A stretch of 64,000 nucleotides of DNA from Planctomycetota bacterium (GTDB lineage Bacteria > Planctomycetota > PLA2 > JAEUHO01): NCBI GenBank assembly GCA_965222115.1, contig CBDCTJ010000007.1:2944001-3008000 (forward strand), given 5' to 3'. The notes beneath the pieces were generated by a model that worked only from the letters and a program-made list of their open reading frames with translations, was not told the DNA's origin and ran no database searches. The position numbers and the translations under genes were made by a program. Below, one piece after another: positions 51,215-62,401 of this stretch; position 1 is the stretch's first letter, and each line of letters starts with the position of its first letter.

Positions 51215-52603
51215 TTGCACTGGACACGACCGATCGCGATTGCGATTCTCGCCTTGGTCCTGTCGGCGTGTGTACTGATTGGATTGCATTCACCGTGGCC
51301 GTTGGCGGCGGGCGTGCTCATACTCCAGGGCTTTCTTACATGGCGCCTACTCGTCACCGCCATGCGGAAGCGATTCGACGACCTCAAGCAGCACGTTGAA
51401 CACATTCAGCAAGAACGATACGACATACGCCTATCGATGGGGACCGAGAGCTCCTACTCGTCGCTGGCGGAAGCCCTGAACCACTTGGGCGACGCCATGG
51501 AGTCTCGCGTCGCAGCCATGGGACAAGAACAGTCGGAGTTGGCGGCCATTTTGCGTGGTCTGCAAGATGGCGTCGTTGCGATCGACACCGACGAGCGCAT
51601 CCGACGATTCAATCGAGCAGGCGCCGTCATGCTTGCGTTTCCGGATGACCAGGCCAAGGGGCGATCCTTGTGGGAGTTCACACGTGCCCAACCGTTGATC
51701 GACTGTGCTCGAGATGTCCTTAGACATGCTGAACCTCGTGCGACCGCGGCGCGTGTCTTTCACGGCGACGACGAACGACTGATTCAAGCAACCGCGGCGC
51801 CTCTCATCGATCCCGATGGCACGCTGGAAGGCGCGGTGCTATTGCTCCGCGATACCACCGATCTCTCGAGGCTCGAGGGCGCGCGTCGCGAGTTTTTCGC
51901 CAACGCATCTCACGAGTTAAAGACGCCCATTGCGTCGATCTGCGCCGCGTCGGAAACCCTGCTCGACGGGGACGATATGGCACCGGACATTCGCGAGCGC
52001 TTCACCCGTTCCGTCATGGCCAATGGCAAGCGTCTTCAATCGCTTGTCGAGGAAATGATCGACCTCGCGCGCATCGAAAGTGCGACCACCCGTTCCGATG
52101 GGCCTGAACACTGCAACGTACACACGATGGTGGCGATGGCTATGGAGGGCGTCGAACCGCTTGCCCACGAGAAACACGTGCGCATTGCGTTTCACGAAGC
52201 ACCCGACGCCCCCCGTGTGGTCGCACCGCGGGAATCGGTATTTCGCATCGTTTCCAATCTCTTGAACAACGCGGTAAAATACTCGCCGAAGGGTGCGCGC
52301 ATTGATGCGGGTGTGAGCCATGACGCGGGCCGTGTGCAGTTTTATGTGAAAGATCGAGGCCCCGGCATTCCACCGTCGAAGCGACAACGGATCTTTGAAC
52401 GCTTCTATCGTCTCGATGCGGGACGAGGACGTGAACACGGTGGAACGGGGCTCGGACTTGCCATTGTCAAGCACCTCGCGCAGTCATGTGGCGCGGAGGT
52501 GACGGTCGACGAACACGAGGAACCCGGAAGCGTCTTTCAAGTCGCGTTTGTGGCAGCCCCCCACGGACCACGCGAACGCGCACACACCAATTACGAAAAT
52601 TGA
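51215..52603 (+). CDS. phoR: PhoR-like sensor histidine kinase (HAMP-PAS-HisKA-HATPase)
   Basis: FFANASHELKTP, NLLNNAVKY, DRGPGI, RIFERFYR, GGTGLGLAIVKH. Confidence 0.9.
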   Translation: MHWTRPIAIAILALVLSACVLIGLHSPWPLAAGVLILQGFLTWRLLVTAMRKRFDDLKQHVEHIQQERYDIRLSMGTESSYSSLAEALNHLGDAMESRVAAMGQEQSELAAILRGLQDGVVAIDTDERIRRFNRAGAVMLAFPDDQAKGRSLWEFTRAQPLIDCARDVLRHAEPRATAARVFHGDDERLIQATAAPLIDPDGTLEGAVLLLRDTTDLSRLEGARREFFANASHELKTPIASICAASETLLDGDDMAPDIRERFTRSVMANGKRLQSLVEEMIDLARIESATTRSDGPEHCNVHTMVAMAMEGVEPLAHEKHVRIAFHEAPDAPRVVAPRESVFRIVSNLLNNAVKYSPKGARIDAGVSHDAGRVQFYVKDRGPGIPPSKRQRIFERFYRLDAGRGREHGGTGLGLAIVKHLAQSCGAEVTVDEHEEPGSVFQVAFVAAPHGPRERAHTNYEN

Positions 52604-52730
52604 CGGGATTTGTTCCTTGGTATGCGTGTGGCCGCGGTAAACCGTCCCGCATAATTGCGCGCACGAGCGAACCAACCCAGCGCTCCGCAATTGCAGCGCA
52701 GACAGGGCCATAGCCCTGTAGGAGTACCGC

Positions 52731-53396
52731 ATGGGCATTCACCTTCATCGAGATCTGGAAGACCTCACGCGCAAGCTGTTTGAAGTGGGCACGATGGTCG
52801 AGCAGGCCACCAACGACGCGATTGAATCCATCATTGATCGCCGCGCGGACCTTGCCAATCATGTGCTTCAAGGGGATATGCGCATCGACCAACTCGAAGT
52901 CGAAGTGGAAAACGACGCGCTCAAGATTCTCGCCCTTCATCAACCCGTGGCCATCGACTTGCGATTCATCGTGGCAGTGCTCAAGATGAACAACGACTTG
53001 GAGCGAATGGGTGATTTGGCGGTCAATATTGCCGAACGCGCCAAGTACCTCGCCACACACCCCAAGCTCGATGTTCGGCTCCACTTCCGAGAAATGGGAT
53101 CGGTCGTGCGGCAAATGGTACGCGACTGCCTGGATGCACTCACGCAACGCGACCCCGCGCTGGCGCGCGCCGTGTGTGCACGCGACGACGAAGTGGATCG
53201 ATTCAATAGCGACATGTATCTCACGCTACGCAAACACATGTTGGACGACGGCGAGTCCATCAAGCGAGCCATTCATCTGCTGTCGGTTGCACGCCACTTG
53301 GAGAGGATCGCCGACCTCGCAACAAACATCGCGGAAGATGTCGTTTTCATGGTAGAGGGCGAAGTGATTCGGCATCAAGTGGAAGAGTACGACTAG
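52731..53396 (+). CDS. phoU: phosphate signalling protein PhoU
   Basis: QPVAIDLR, DLERMGDLA, LERIADLATNIAEDV. Confidence 0.96.
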   Translation: MGIHLHRDLEDLTRKLFEVGTMVEQATNDAIESIIDRRADLANHVLQGDMRIDQLEVEVENDALKILALHQPVAIDLRFIVAVLKMNNDLERMGDLAVNIAERAKYLATHPKLDVRLHFREMGSVVRQMVRDCLDALTQRDPALARAVCARDDEVDRFNSDMYLTLRKHMLDDGESIKRAIHLLSVARHLERIADLATNIAEDVVFMVEGEVIRHQVEEYD

Positions 53397-53584
53397 GTTC
53401 TGTTTGAAAAGGCTCGTAGCGAGTGATTCGAGGCCGACGCGAGAGGCGATGGGCCAAGAAATTGGCCCGCAGGCGTGGTCTGTTCACGCCGAGGATGACA
53501 ATTTCGAAGGGACGCGCCTCGCAGCGAGAGAATCGGATCACGTAGTAGAGGAGTTTTCAAACAGAGCCGAGCTCGATGTCCGTG

Positions 53585-55156
53585 TCAGTCCAGCCCCGCA
53601 ACACGCAGATCGATTTCGTGTTGGGCCTGGCGTTGGCATTCGGTATTGAGATCCGCGCACGTTAGCGGATGAGAATCGAGCCATCCCGATTCGAATTCAA
53701 GCTTGAGCTTGTGATCCTTGGCGCGAACACGCAATGGCACTACGGCAGGTGCGCGGCGACTTCGATTGAGAAGCACGGCAATACGTAGTAAGCACGTGAG
53801 ACGTAACACCGTTCGTGAAAGCCGACGGGGCACTCGACGGCCCGCCGTGCGAAAGCGGAACTTGCCGCGGTGGCACGCGACCATGGCGGCAAGTGCACTT
53901 TGCTCGGAACGTGTGAATCCCGGCAAGTTTGCGTGCTCAATCAGGTACGCGCCGTGGCGCTGGTATCCACTGTGGGCAACTGCGATGCCGATTTCGTGAA
54001 TGGCACTCGCCCATTCCAACAGCTTCTTGCTTTGTGCGCCGGGCAACCGCCAATCGGCATACACTTGCTCCAGGAGTGCAATCGCGGTGGTTCGTACGCG
54101 CGTCGCCTGGGCAACATCCACGGCGTAGCGGTGTTGTAGGGACGACACGGTGGCTTCCCGCACGTCTCGATCACCCAAGCGACCAATGAGATCCCAAAGC
54201 AAGCCTTCGCGGAGCGCACCGTCCGACACGGACAGGCGCTTTATGGGCAAGTCGTCAAAAATGGAGGCGAGTACGGCTACGCCACCTGCAAACACCGGTA
54301 ACCGATCTGAGCTAATGTGCCCCCCACGTACCTCGGACGTATTGCCTGCCTCGATGAGCGACTTGACCACAAGTTTCATGCTCTTTGCGTCAATGTCCCC
54401 TTGACGCCAACCATGACTCTGAATGAAGCCCGCAATGGCTCGTATGGTCCCGGAGGCACCCAGGCACTGCTGCCACGCACCGTCTTCAAAGTGGGCTCGA
54501 ATGGATTTGAGCCGAAGTCGCGCGGCGGTCTTTGCCTTCTGCATCGCCTTTTTCGTAACGCGACCGTGCGGAAAGAACTGCCGGGAAAAGGACACGCATC
54601 CCATCGACAAGCTACGGGCGTGTTCAATGCTTCCCCCGCGCCCCACGATGAGTTCCGTACTGCCCCCGCCGATATCGATGACGAGTGAACGGCTCTGGTG
54701 ATCGCCAATGGCGTGCAACACACCAAGATAGATGAGGCGCGCCTCTTCTTGTCCCGAGATAACTTCAATGGGATGCCCCAGGACGTCTTCGCACCGACGA
54801 ATGAACCGGTCCGCACCCACCGCAAGCCGGAGGGTATTCGTGCCTACGGCGCGTACATTGCTATCGGGAAACCCCGCCAACCGCTCGCCGAACCGTTCGA
54901 GAGCGTCCCACGCGCGTCGGCGCGCTTTCTTAGACAACTCGCGTTTGCGATTGAGCCCCATCGCCAAGCGCACAGGTTCACGCAAACGATCTTCGACTTC
55001 TAGGAGCCCATCTCGTTCGCGGGCCACAATCATGTGAAAGCTGTTGGATCCCAGATCGACTGCTGCCAATCGACGCGCGGCGGAGGACGCGTCGGCATCC
55101 GGCTGCGCCGTGACCTTGGCGCGCGCGAGCCGTTCGGTGTCCGTTGGGGGCGTCAA
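53585..55156 (-). CDS. ppx: exopolyphosphatase (Ppx/GppA family with HD domain)
   Basis: AAVDLGSNSFHM, ISGQEEARLIY, DIGGGSTE, GALREG, IHEIG. Confidence 0.92.
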   Translation of the reverse strand: MTPPTDTERLARAKVTAQPDADASSAARRLAAVDLGSNSFHMIVARERDGLLEVEDRLREPVRLAMGLNRKRELSKKARRRAWDALERFGERLAGFPDSNVRAVGTNTLRLAVGADRFIRRCEDVLGHPIEVISGQEEARLIYLGVLHAIGDHQSRSLVIDIGGGSTELIVGRGGSIEHARSLSMGCVSFSRQFFPHGRVTKKAMQKAKTAARLRLKSIRAHFEDGAWQQCLGASGTIRAIAGFIQSHGWRQGDIDAKSMKLVVKSLIEAGNTSEVRGGHISSDRLPVFAGGVAVLASIFDDLPIKRLSVSDGALREGLLWDLIGRLGDRDVREATVSSLQHRYAVDVAQATRVRTTAIALLEQVYADWRLPGAQSKKLLEWASAIHEIGIAVAHSGYQRHGAYLIEHANLPGFTRSEQSALAAMVACHRGKFRFRTAGRRVPRRLSRTVLRLTCLLRIAVLLNRSRRAPAVVPLRVRAKDHKLKLEFESGWLDSHPLTCADLNTECQRQAQHEIDLRVAGLD

Positions 55157-55263
55157 TCAAAATCCTCTACGAATCATTGCGCTAAGAGAGGTCACTCATT
55201 TGCACAGCGACGTGTAACGCTCTTCGTCGAAACTGCCAGTGCCGAACTAGCCGAACCGACAGG

Positions 55264-56307
55264 CTACCCGAATCGACCAGTAACATAGTCTTCCGTTTCC
55301 TTGAGCTTTGGCAAAACGAAGATGTCTTGCGTGGGCCCAAACTCGACCATGCGACCCAGATACATGAATGCAGTATAGTCGCTCGCACGTGAAGCTTGCT
55401 GCATATTGTGCGTCACCATGAGCAGCGTATACTGGCCTTTGAGTTCGCTGATCAAATCCTCGATCTTTCCGGTGGCGATCGGGTCGAGCGCGGAGCAGGG
55501 TTCGTCGAGCAGCAAAATGTCGGGCTCACCCGAGATAGCACGCGCAATGCACAGACGCTGTTGCTGACCGCCGCTGAGGCTCAAACCGCTCTCCGAGAGA
55601 CGGTCCTTTACTTCGCTCCACAGTCCTGCCCCTTTGAGGCTCTTCTCACACACTTCCTCAAGCAGGTTGCGATCGCGTACGCCGTCGATGCGTAGGGAGT
55701 ACACCACATTTTCAAAGATGCTCATTGGGAAGGGATTGGGCTTCTGAAAGACCATCCCAATCCGCTTTCGTAGCTGAATGACATCGATTCCGCGACCATA
55801 AATGATCTGGTCGCCCACACGCATCTCCCCCTCGATGCGCACCCCCTCCACGAGGTCGTTCATTCGATTGACCGATCGCAGTAGCGTTGACTTGCCGCAT
55901 CCTGAGGGTCCGATCAGTGCCGTCACCTTTCCGCGAGGAACGCGCATGGAGCACTGGTAGAGCGCCTGCTTTTGTCCGTACCAGAGGCTGAAGTCCTTGA
56001 TCGCAAGATCGCACACTTCCTTCTCAACCGCTTCGTGAACACAAGTAGTGAACGACTCGTCACGTTCGACGGCCTCAAACACGCCGCCCAGATAGGGCGT
56101 ATTTGGTGCAGAACCCGATCCGGGTCCACTCGACAAGCGTTCCCCCAGCGGGGCGCCGGAAGAGTCCCTCGCGGGCGGGTTCACGTCGGGCGGATTCACG
56201 GCTGACGATTCTGCATGGTCATGCTCCGCCTGCCGCGGTGCGGACTTTTGCGGTTGCTTGGGGTCGAACGAAGGTCGCGTCATGGGTGGGGTCTCTGCGT
56301 GATTCAT
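55264..56307 (-). CDS. pstB: phosphate ABC transporter ATPase with N-terminal disordered extension
   Basis: [50 protein letters not shown]. Confidence 0.95.
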   Translation of the reverse strand: MNHAETPPMTRPSFDPKQPQKSAPRQAEHDHAESSAVNPPDVNPPARDSSGAPLGERLSSGPGSGSAPNTPYLGGVFEAVERDESFTTCVHEAVEKEVCDLAIKDFSLWYGQKQALYQCSMRVPRGKVTALIGPSGCGKSTLLRSVNRMNDLVEGVRIEGEMRVGDQIIYGRGIDVIQLRKRIGMVFQKPNPFPMSIFENVVYSLRIDGVRDRNLLEEVCEKSLKGAGLWSEVKDRLSESGLSLSGGQQQRLCIARAISGEPDILLLDEPCSALDPIATGKIEDLISELKGQYTLLMVTHNMQQASRASDYTAFMYLGRMVEFGPTQDIFVLPKLKETEDYVTGRFG

Positions 56308-56310
56308 ATG

Positions 56311-58344
56311 CTATCCGTGGGATTTTCGCAAGCGCGCTCGAATCCAGATGGCCGCGAGATTGAGCACCACCACCACGCCAATCAGGAGCATGGTCGAGGT
56401 GTACACCATGGGGCGCGCCGCTTCGCTGTTGGAACTTTGCAATCCAAGGTCGTAGATGTGAAACCCGAGGTGCATAAAGCTACGCTCGGGGTGAATAAAG
56501 GGCGCGGTGCCGTCAATGGGGAGATCCGGAGCCAACTTCACCGCTCCCACGAGCATGAGGGGCGCCACTTCGCCTGCGCCACGCGCGACCGAGAGAATCA
56601 TCCCCGTCATGATGCCCGGCAAGGCGCGCGGGAGAATGATGCGGCGGATGGTTTGCCATTTGCTTGCGCCGCAAGCAAACGAACCCTCGCGCATGCTGTT
56701 GGGCACGGCCGACAAGGCTTCCTCGGTTGCAACCACCACTACCGGAAGCGTGAGCAGCGCCAAGGTCAGCGACGCCCAGAGCAATCCGCCTTTGCCGTAG
56801 GTGGGGTTGTTGAGTTCCTTTAGTTCCAGTGAATAGAACATCTCGTCGATGCGACCCCCGACGATGTAGCAAAAGAACCCGAGACCGAATACGCCAAACA
56901 CAATGCTTGGCACACCAGCCAAGTTGTTGACGGCGATTCGGACCGCACTAACGAGCGCGCCCTGTTTGGCATATTCGCGTAGATAGAGCGCGGCAAGCAC
57001 GCCAAATGGAACGACCAACAACGACATGATGAGCGTCATCACGACGGTGCCAAAGATGGCGGGCCATACACCGCCCTCCGCATTGGCTTCGCGGGGATCG
57101 TCGGTAAGAAACTCCCACCACCGTGAGGCGTAGACGCCGAGTTTGTCGAGCCATCCAAGTTGATTGGCCGGGTAGGCGCGAACGATCTCGGCAAGCGGGA
57201 TGACCTTTTCCTGCCCACTCGCCGTTTCAAAGACGATGGCAGACTTCGCGTTCTCAAAATCCAGCGCCGCTACGCGATCCACGACTTCATCAATCGACCC
57301 ACGCACGCGCTTGATGGGGGCCTCCGCCTCCTTTGCATCGGGCTCCGGTGCGTCTGCAATGCCCAACGCGCGCTCGCGTAGTCCCGCGAAGCGATCAAAG
57401 GTTTCCTGCAACTCGCCGGATGCCGCACGTTGTGCCTGCCCTTGAAGAATGGCATCGAGCGCCGCCAACCGTTCGTACATGGGCTGATAGCCCTCACGCA
57501 CGTCCTCGCCCTCAATGCGGTGTCGCAGCGCCAAATAGGTAACCAACGCCGCTCGCCCCCTATCCGAGAGAACGCCGTGGTCACGTTCGGTGCGTCGCCG
57601 ATCTAAATCCGCCCTTTTGAGTTCATCGTTTAGGCTACCAATCTCGTCCTTCTCAATCTCTCGCGCCTCTTTCCATCGATCTCGGATGGTCTCGTGGAGT
57701 GCCTCAAACGCCTCCCATACGGCGGCCGGATCCCCTTCGTGCTTGCGCGTGAACGTCAATTGCGTCTCATCGTGACCCTGATAACCGTGGGCGGCACGTC
57801 CTTCGGAAAACGCTTTCGGCGTCCCATAAAACCGCCCCCACTCAAGACGCTCGACTGTGATCGCCCACTCGGGTTGCTGGGCCGTCTCCGTAGCCCCATC
57901 GACACCGGTGACCCAAGCGTAATGCGCACCGGTGAGTTCATAGTTGCCGATGCGAAGTTGCATCCGGTGAAGCTGCCCGTCGTTCTCGGCCATCTCGGCG
58001 CGCGCGCGGGCGGCCAGGTCTTTCGACTGCTCTTCCATGGAGGTGAGCAAGGATGCATCCGGCGTAAACCACTCTTCATTGGCAGGCTCGCCAAGCAGAG
58101 CCTTGCCCGCGCTTGTTTCCACGCGCGTGAGCTCTTTGGGCCAAAATGCTCGACCGCCCTGCCAGCCCACCAACACAATCAGCCCCACGGCCATCAATAG
58201 ACAGATGGCTAGGGCGCCACCGCACAACCACACCATGGGTTCGCCGCGCGCGAAGAGCGAACTGCGCCGACGTACCAAGGACGTGCCCGACGACGCCTTC
58301 TCGCTGGCGGGTGGCTCAGTCGGTGTTGGTGTGGGTTCGCCCAT
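56311..58344 (-). CDS. pstA: phosphate ABC permease PstA, long form
   Basis: PREANAEGGVWPAIFGT, NLAGVPSIVFG, ARGAGEVAPL; large N-terminal extracytoplasmic domain. Confidence 0.93.
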   Translation of the reverse strand: MGEPTPTPTEPPASEKASSGTSLVRRRSSLFARGEPMVWLCGGALAICLLMAVGLIVLVGWQGGRAFWPKELTRVETSAGKALLGEPANEEWFTPDASLLTSMEEQSKDLAARARAEMAENDGQLHRMQLRIGNYELTGAHYAWVTGVDGATETAQQPEWAITVERLEWGRFYGTPKAFSEGRAAHGYQGHDETQLTFTRKHEGDPAAVWEAFEALHETIRDRWKEAREIEKDEIGSLNDELKRADLDRRRTERDHGVLSDRGRAALVTYLALRHRIEGEDVREGYQPMYERLAALDAILQGQAQRAASGELQETFDRFAGLRERALGIADAPEPDAKEAEAPIKRVRGSIDEVVDRVAALDFENAKSAIVFETASGQEKVIPLAEIVRAYPANQLGWLDKLGVYASRWWEFLTDDPREANAEGGVWPAIFGTVVMTLIMSLLVVPFGVLAALYLREYAKQGALVSAVRIAVNNLAGVPSIVFGVFGLGFFCYIVGGRIDEMFYSLELKELNNPTYGKGGLLWASLTLALLTLPVVVVATEEALSAVPNSMREGSFACGASKWQTIRRIILPRALPGIMTGMILSVARGAGEVAPLMLVGAVKLAPDLPIDGTAPFIHPERSFMHLGFHIYDLGLQSSNSEAARPMVYTSTMLLIGVVVVLNLAAIWIRARLRKSHG

Positions 58345-58362
58345 ACGTACGTAGGTTCTCCG

Positions 58363-60993
58363 TTAGAGTTGCGCGAAGCGTTTGCGGAAACGTCGTCGCA
58401 CGACCTCGGCAATCGTGTTGATTACAAACGTCATGGCAAAGAGCACCAGCGCGGCCAAGAACAACGTGCGGTAGTGCGAACTGTCCTTGACGGCTTCGGG
58501 CAGTTCGACGGCAATATTGGCGGCCAACGTTCGAAACCCATTGAATGGATTGACGTCCATGATGGGTGAGTTGCCAACCGCCATCAGCACGATCATGGTC
58601 TCGCCTACCGCACGGCCGAGTCCCACCATCAAGGCGCTGAAGATCCCACTCATTGCCGCGGGCAGCATGACGCGCCACGTGGTTTGCCATCGCGTTGCGC
58701 CCGCACCCAGTGAGCCCTCTTTGAGCTGACGAGGCACGCTGGAGAGCGCGTCGTCTGCAATGGTGAAGATGATAGGAATCACCGCAAAGCCCATCACGAA
58801 GCCCACGATGAGCGCGTTCTTTTGGGTATAGCCACCGAATAGGGTGCTGCGCGGGTCGCCAAGCACAAGGTAGGCGAGCGTACCCAATACACCCGCACAC
58901 ACAATGGCGAGTACGGCACCGGCTAGGAACTTCAAGAGATCAGCGTTCGCGCTCTCGGCGCGGGTATAGCCGTGAGTCAAAGCCCGAAATCGCGGGCCGA
59001 CCACCGAAGACATGACGTAGACGGCCAACAGTGCCGCGACCGGCAGTAGGAAAAATGCCCACGTCAGAATGCCACCCCCGCGATCGCTCCGTCCAAGCCA
59101 TTCGACAAGGTCGCCATCGAAACACACGCGACTAAGCCAAGGCCCCAACAACGCGGCGAGCAGCACTCCCATGACGAGCGCAACGCCCATGAGGGCAAAG
59201 CGTGACCCGCCCTCTCGTTCGCGAGCGATTCGATCGGGCAGGAACTGCCAGAGCCGCGCACCGAGCAGCAGTGCGAAGGGAACCAAAACGAACGACAGCA
59301 TCGTGGCAGGCAAAACCGTTTGGATGTACGGAGCAATCGCGAGGCCCGCGATGAAGCCAAGCACGACACTGGGAAGTCCCGCCATGAGTTCAACGCACGT
59401 CTTGACGGGCGCCCGAGCGCCGAGGGAAAGAAACTGTGTCGTATAAATCGCGGCCAGAATCGCGAGCGGCGCCGCAAACAACATTGCATAGAGCGTTGCT
59501 TTGAGCGTGCCAAAGATCAGCGGCCACAGGCCGAGCTTGGGTTCAAAGCCGTCGCCGCCGCTAGACTGCCACACATTCGTAGGCTCGGCGTATCCCTCGT
59601 ACCACACGGGCGCGAAGAGTGACGCGAACGTTACCTCAGGATGGCGCGCATCGAATGGCCAGGTCATCGAACCGCGGTCGCTCAGTGCGATAACGGCGTC
59701 GTCTTTCGGAGCGGTCCTGGCCGCTAGAACTGCGACGCCATCCTCAAGTTTCGTCCGGACGATCTCATTTCCCGTCGTGGTGTGCACCACGCGCAGCGTG
59801 CCATCTTTGTGCGAGGCAACAACCAACCGCGTGCGCGCACTTGGGCTCAACTGTGTCACCGGAGATGACACGTTGTGATCTTCAATCGCACGACTGCTAA
59901 CCAATGCCTGGGCGTCGGACCCCATGGGCGGTAGGTCCGATACATCGGGATCGTCGCGCGTCAGAAACCACGTGCCAACGCCACCGCTGCTGTCGCCTAC
60001 CAGGAGCGTTGATTTTCCAATCAACCACGTCGCGGTTGTCACGCTCCCATCGACCAACACATCGCGCTGTTCGGCCAGGGCTAGATGTTCACGACGTGCA
60101 TCAAAGCGCAGAAGTCTGCCATCGCGCCAAAGTACCGAGAGCGTTGTCGAAGCACCATCGAGGAATACGCCCACCATGTCATCGAATCGACTCCCCGACG
60201 TGGCGGCAAAGGGTAGCTCAAAGCGATCGACGCTCGTGACCGTTTCGCCGGTCATCATGTCCATCTCTTCGTTGGTCTCATAGAGGGCGAGTACGCTGTC
60301 TTCGCTCAGCGCTGCGAAGACCGGTCCCCGTGTCGTCAACGAGATATCGGCGTGTGCAATCGGTGAACTGGAAATCTCAATCGGTTCGCCAATATCGATC
60401 TCGACGTACTGCAGGCGCATGTCGCCACGATGCGTAACGATGAGCGCGCCCTCGTCGTGCGGAAGGAGCGCGCCAAGCTCGCTTGGCGTTCCTTCTTGAG
60501 TAGCAAAGTGGCGTCGTTCGTCCCGGGAGAGAAATCGCGTAGCGAATCGAATGGTGCCCTGCCGCACCGTTCCATCTTCGAATCCAAAGGCGAAGATTGC
60601 CGTCCCCGGATCCTTGGCCATGCAGGTGGGCGCTATGCCGCCAAAGAGCGGCGCGGAGGAGACAAGGGAACCGTCCGCCCGGTGGACGTCCGCGGAGCCA
60701 TCCTTCCAGAGTGTCAGTCGAAGCGTCTTGAGTTCATCGGACGCGAAGTACAGGGGGCGCTCGTTGCCCGGTGATCGCTGATGCAGCGCCGTAGGTGTTG
60801 ACGCATTCCCTAGCGTGCCGGGAAGAAACAGTGGAATAACGACAAACAGCAAAAACACAAAGATGAGCAGCACCGCGGCAATGGTGCCGAAGCCACCTGC
60901 CGAAATGACGCCGCGCATAACGGTTTCGCTGGCCCGCGTACGCCACGGCGTAACGCGGGTTCGCTCGCGTCCTGTCCAACCCACGTCACTCAT
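58363..60993 (-). CDS. pstC: phosphate ABC permease PstC with beta-propeller-like domain
   Basis: VWYEGY..WQSSGG..PLIFGTLKA, GLPSVVLG, GRAVGETMIVLM, RTLAANIAVELPE. Confidence 0.92.
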   Translation of the reverse strand: MSDVGWTGRERTRVTPWRTRASETVMRGVISAGGFGTIAAVLLIFVFLLFVVIPLFLPGTLGNASTPTALHQRSPGNERPLYFASDELKTLRLTLWKDGSADVHRADGSLVSSAPLFGGIAPTCMAKDPGTAIFAFGFEDGTVRQGTIRFATRFLSRDERRHFATQEGTPSELGALLPHDEGALIVTHRGDMRLQYVEIDIGEPIEISSSPIAHADISLTTRGPVFAALSEDSVLALYETNEEMDMMTGETVTSVDRFELPFAATSGSRFDDMVGVFLDGASTTLSVLWRDGRLLRFDARREHLALAEQRDVLVDGSVTTATWLIGKSTLLVGDSSGGVGTWFLTRDDPDVSDLPPMGSDAQALVSSRAIEDHNVSSPVTQLSPSARTRLVVASHKDGTLRVVHTTTGNEIVRTKLEDGVAVLAARTAPKDDAVIALSDRGSMTWPFDARHPEVTFASLFAPVWYEGYAEPTNVWQSSGGDGFEPKLGLWPLIFGTLKATLYAMLFAAPLAILAAIYTTQFLSLGARAPVKTCVELMAGLPSVVLGFIAGLAIAPYIQTVLPATMLSFVLVPFALLLGARLWQFLPDRIAREREGGSRFALMGVALVMGVLLAALLGPWLSRVCFDGDLVEWLGRSDRGGGILTWAFFLLPVAALLAVYVMSSVVGPRFRALTHGYTRAESANADLLKFLAGAVLAIVCAGVLGTLAYLVLGDPRSTLFGGYTQKNALIVGFVMGFAVIPIIFTIADDALSSVPRQLKEGSLGAGATRWQTTWRVMLPAAMSGIFSALMVGLGRAVGETMIVLMAVGNSPIMDVNPFNGFRTLAANIAVELPEAVKDSSHYRTLFLAALVLFAMTFVINTIAEVVRRRFRKRFAQL

Positions 60994-61070
60994 GACGCGT
61001 CACTCATTGGGATCCCCAAAAGGAGAATCGAAATCCCTAACGGGGTCTCTTGTGCCCCCAAAAGGGAGGG

Positions 61071-61108
61071 CATCGGTGGGCCCGCCGACACGGGCGGACC
61101 CACGGATG
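61071..61108. promoter_or_regulatory. pstS-pstC intergenic stem-loop
   Basis: catc..gtggg..ccgcc / ggcgg..cccac..gatg inverted repeat after the pstS stop; likely mRNA stabiliser or partial terminator. Confidence 0.5.
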
Positions 61109-61118
61109 TGCTACGTCT

Positions 61119-62135
61119 CTACTTTGAAACGGTCGCAGGTGCACGTTTCGCCGTAGACGCCGCGAGCCCCACCGACGTCAGCTCGCGACTCGCAACGGCT
61201 GCCGTGACCGGCAAGTAGCCGTCCTTGAGTACGCTCTCCTGACCCTGCTTGCTAAAGACGAGCTTGATGAACTCGGCGCGCAGCGGATCCAACTTGCTGC
61301 CAGGCTTGTAGTTGACGGTGAGCAACAGGAAGCGCGCCAGGGGATAGCGATCCTTGCTGCGATAGACGCTCGCGGCCACGGCCGGTACATAGGGCTTGCC
61401 AGGGCGCTGGGCCAAGGGCAAGGCACGCACGTCGGACGTCTTGTAACCGATGCCGCTATAACCGATGCCGGTTACATCCTTGGCGATGCTGCTGATGACC
61501 GCGGAGCTTCCGGGCTGCTCCTTCACTGAATCCTTGTAGTCGCCCTTGAAGAGCGCATGCTTCTTGAAGTAGCTGTAGGTGCCGGATGCCGAATTACGAC
61601 CGTAGATCGTAATGGGTCGTGTGGCCCAGGCACCGGTGAGACCGAGATCGCCCCACGTCTTGATGTCGCTCGTGTGCCCACCCTTGCGGGACTTGCTAAA
61701 GATGGCATCCACCTGCTGCAACGTGAGGTGCTTGAGGGGATTGTCTTTGTGCACATACACGGCCAACATGTCGATGCCTACGCGCAGTTGCGTCGCCTTA
61801 TAGCCAAAGGCCTTTTCAAACGCATCTTGCTCTTTGGCCTTCATGGGACGACTCATGGGTCCAAAGGTGGCACTTCCGCTGATCATTGCGGGCGGGGCCG
61901 TTGAACTCCCCTTACCTTCAATGGCGCGCTTCGCGTTCGAATAGAACTTGTTGAAGTCGTCACTCCACAGTGCCATGAGATTGTTCATGGTGTCTGAGCC
62001 AACACTCTTGATAGTGCCCGACACGCCCGTTGTTGCCTTATAGGCGGGAAGGCCCGGATCGACCTTCGTGACTTCGGCCCACGCAAGAGTGCCCATGCAC
62101 GCCACAACGAGTGCTGCTGTACCTAACCGTTTCAT
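61119..62135 (-). CDS. pstS: phosphate-binding protein PstS
   Basis: Signal peptide, SVGSDTM, EGKGSSTAPP, GPMSR, YGRNSASGTY, YPLARFL. Confidence 0.95.
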   Translation of the reverse strand: MKRLGTAALVVACMGTLAWAEVTKVDPGLPAYKATTGVSGTIKSVGSDTMNNLMALWSDDFNKFYSNAKRAIEGKGSSTAPPAMISGSATFGPMSRPMKAKEQDAFEKAFGYKATQLRVGIDMLAVYVHKDNPLKHLTLQQVDAIFSKSRKGGHTSDIKTWGDLGLTGAWATRPITIYGRNSASGTYSYFKKHALFKGDYKDSVKEQPGSSAVISSIAKDVTGIGYSGIGYKTSDVRALPLAQRPGKPYVPAVAASVYRSKDRYPLARFLLLTVNYKPGSKLDPLRAEFIKLVFSKQGQESVLKDGYLPVTAAVASRELTSVGLAASTAKRAPATVSK

Positions 62136-62401
62136 CGTTCATGCTCCTGGATGCGACGTGAATACTCACGCCTTGTATGCGCAGGAGAGCACAGCTGTGA
62201 GAACGCCTCAGGGTCGTAGGGCGAATAAATTGTAAAGATGTAACCTATCTGCTGACAGCTATTTACGAGCGCCGCCAGTTTCCGAATGCAGACGCCTTCG
62301 CCTAGACACCTGGGCAAAACAAGACACGGGCCTCGCGGTCCGACTCTTGGCCAGACTCCAAGGCCCGATGGGTCCCAGTGCGCCGATTCTCTGAATCGGC
62401 T

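Noticed and set aside
62224-62270. Pho box upstream of pstS (CTGTCA, GTTACA, TTTACA half-sites on the minus strand)
   Set aside because: Half-sites are not at the 11-bp spacing; suggestive but not supportable
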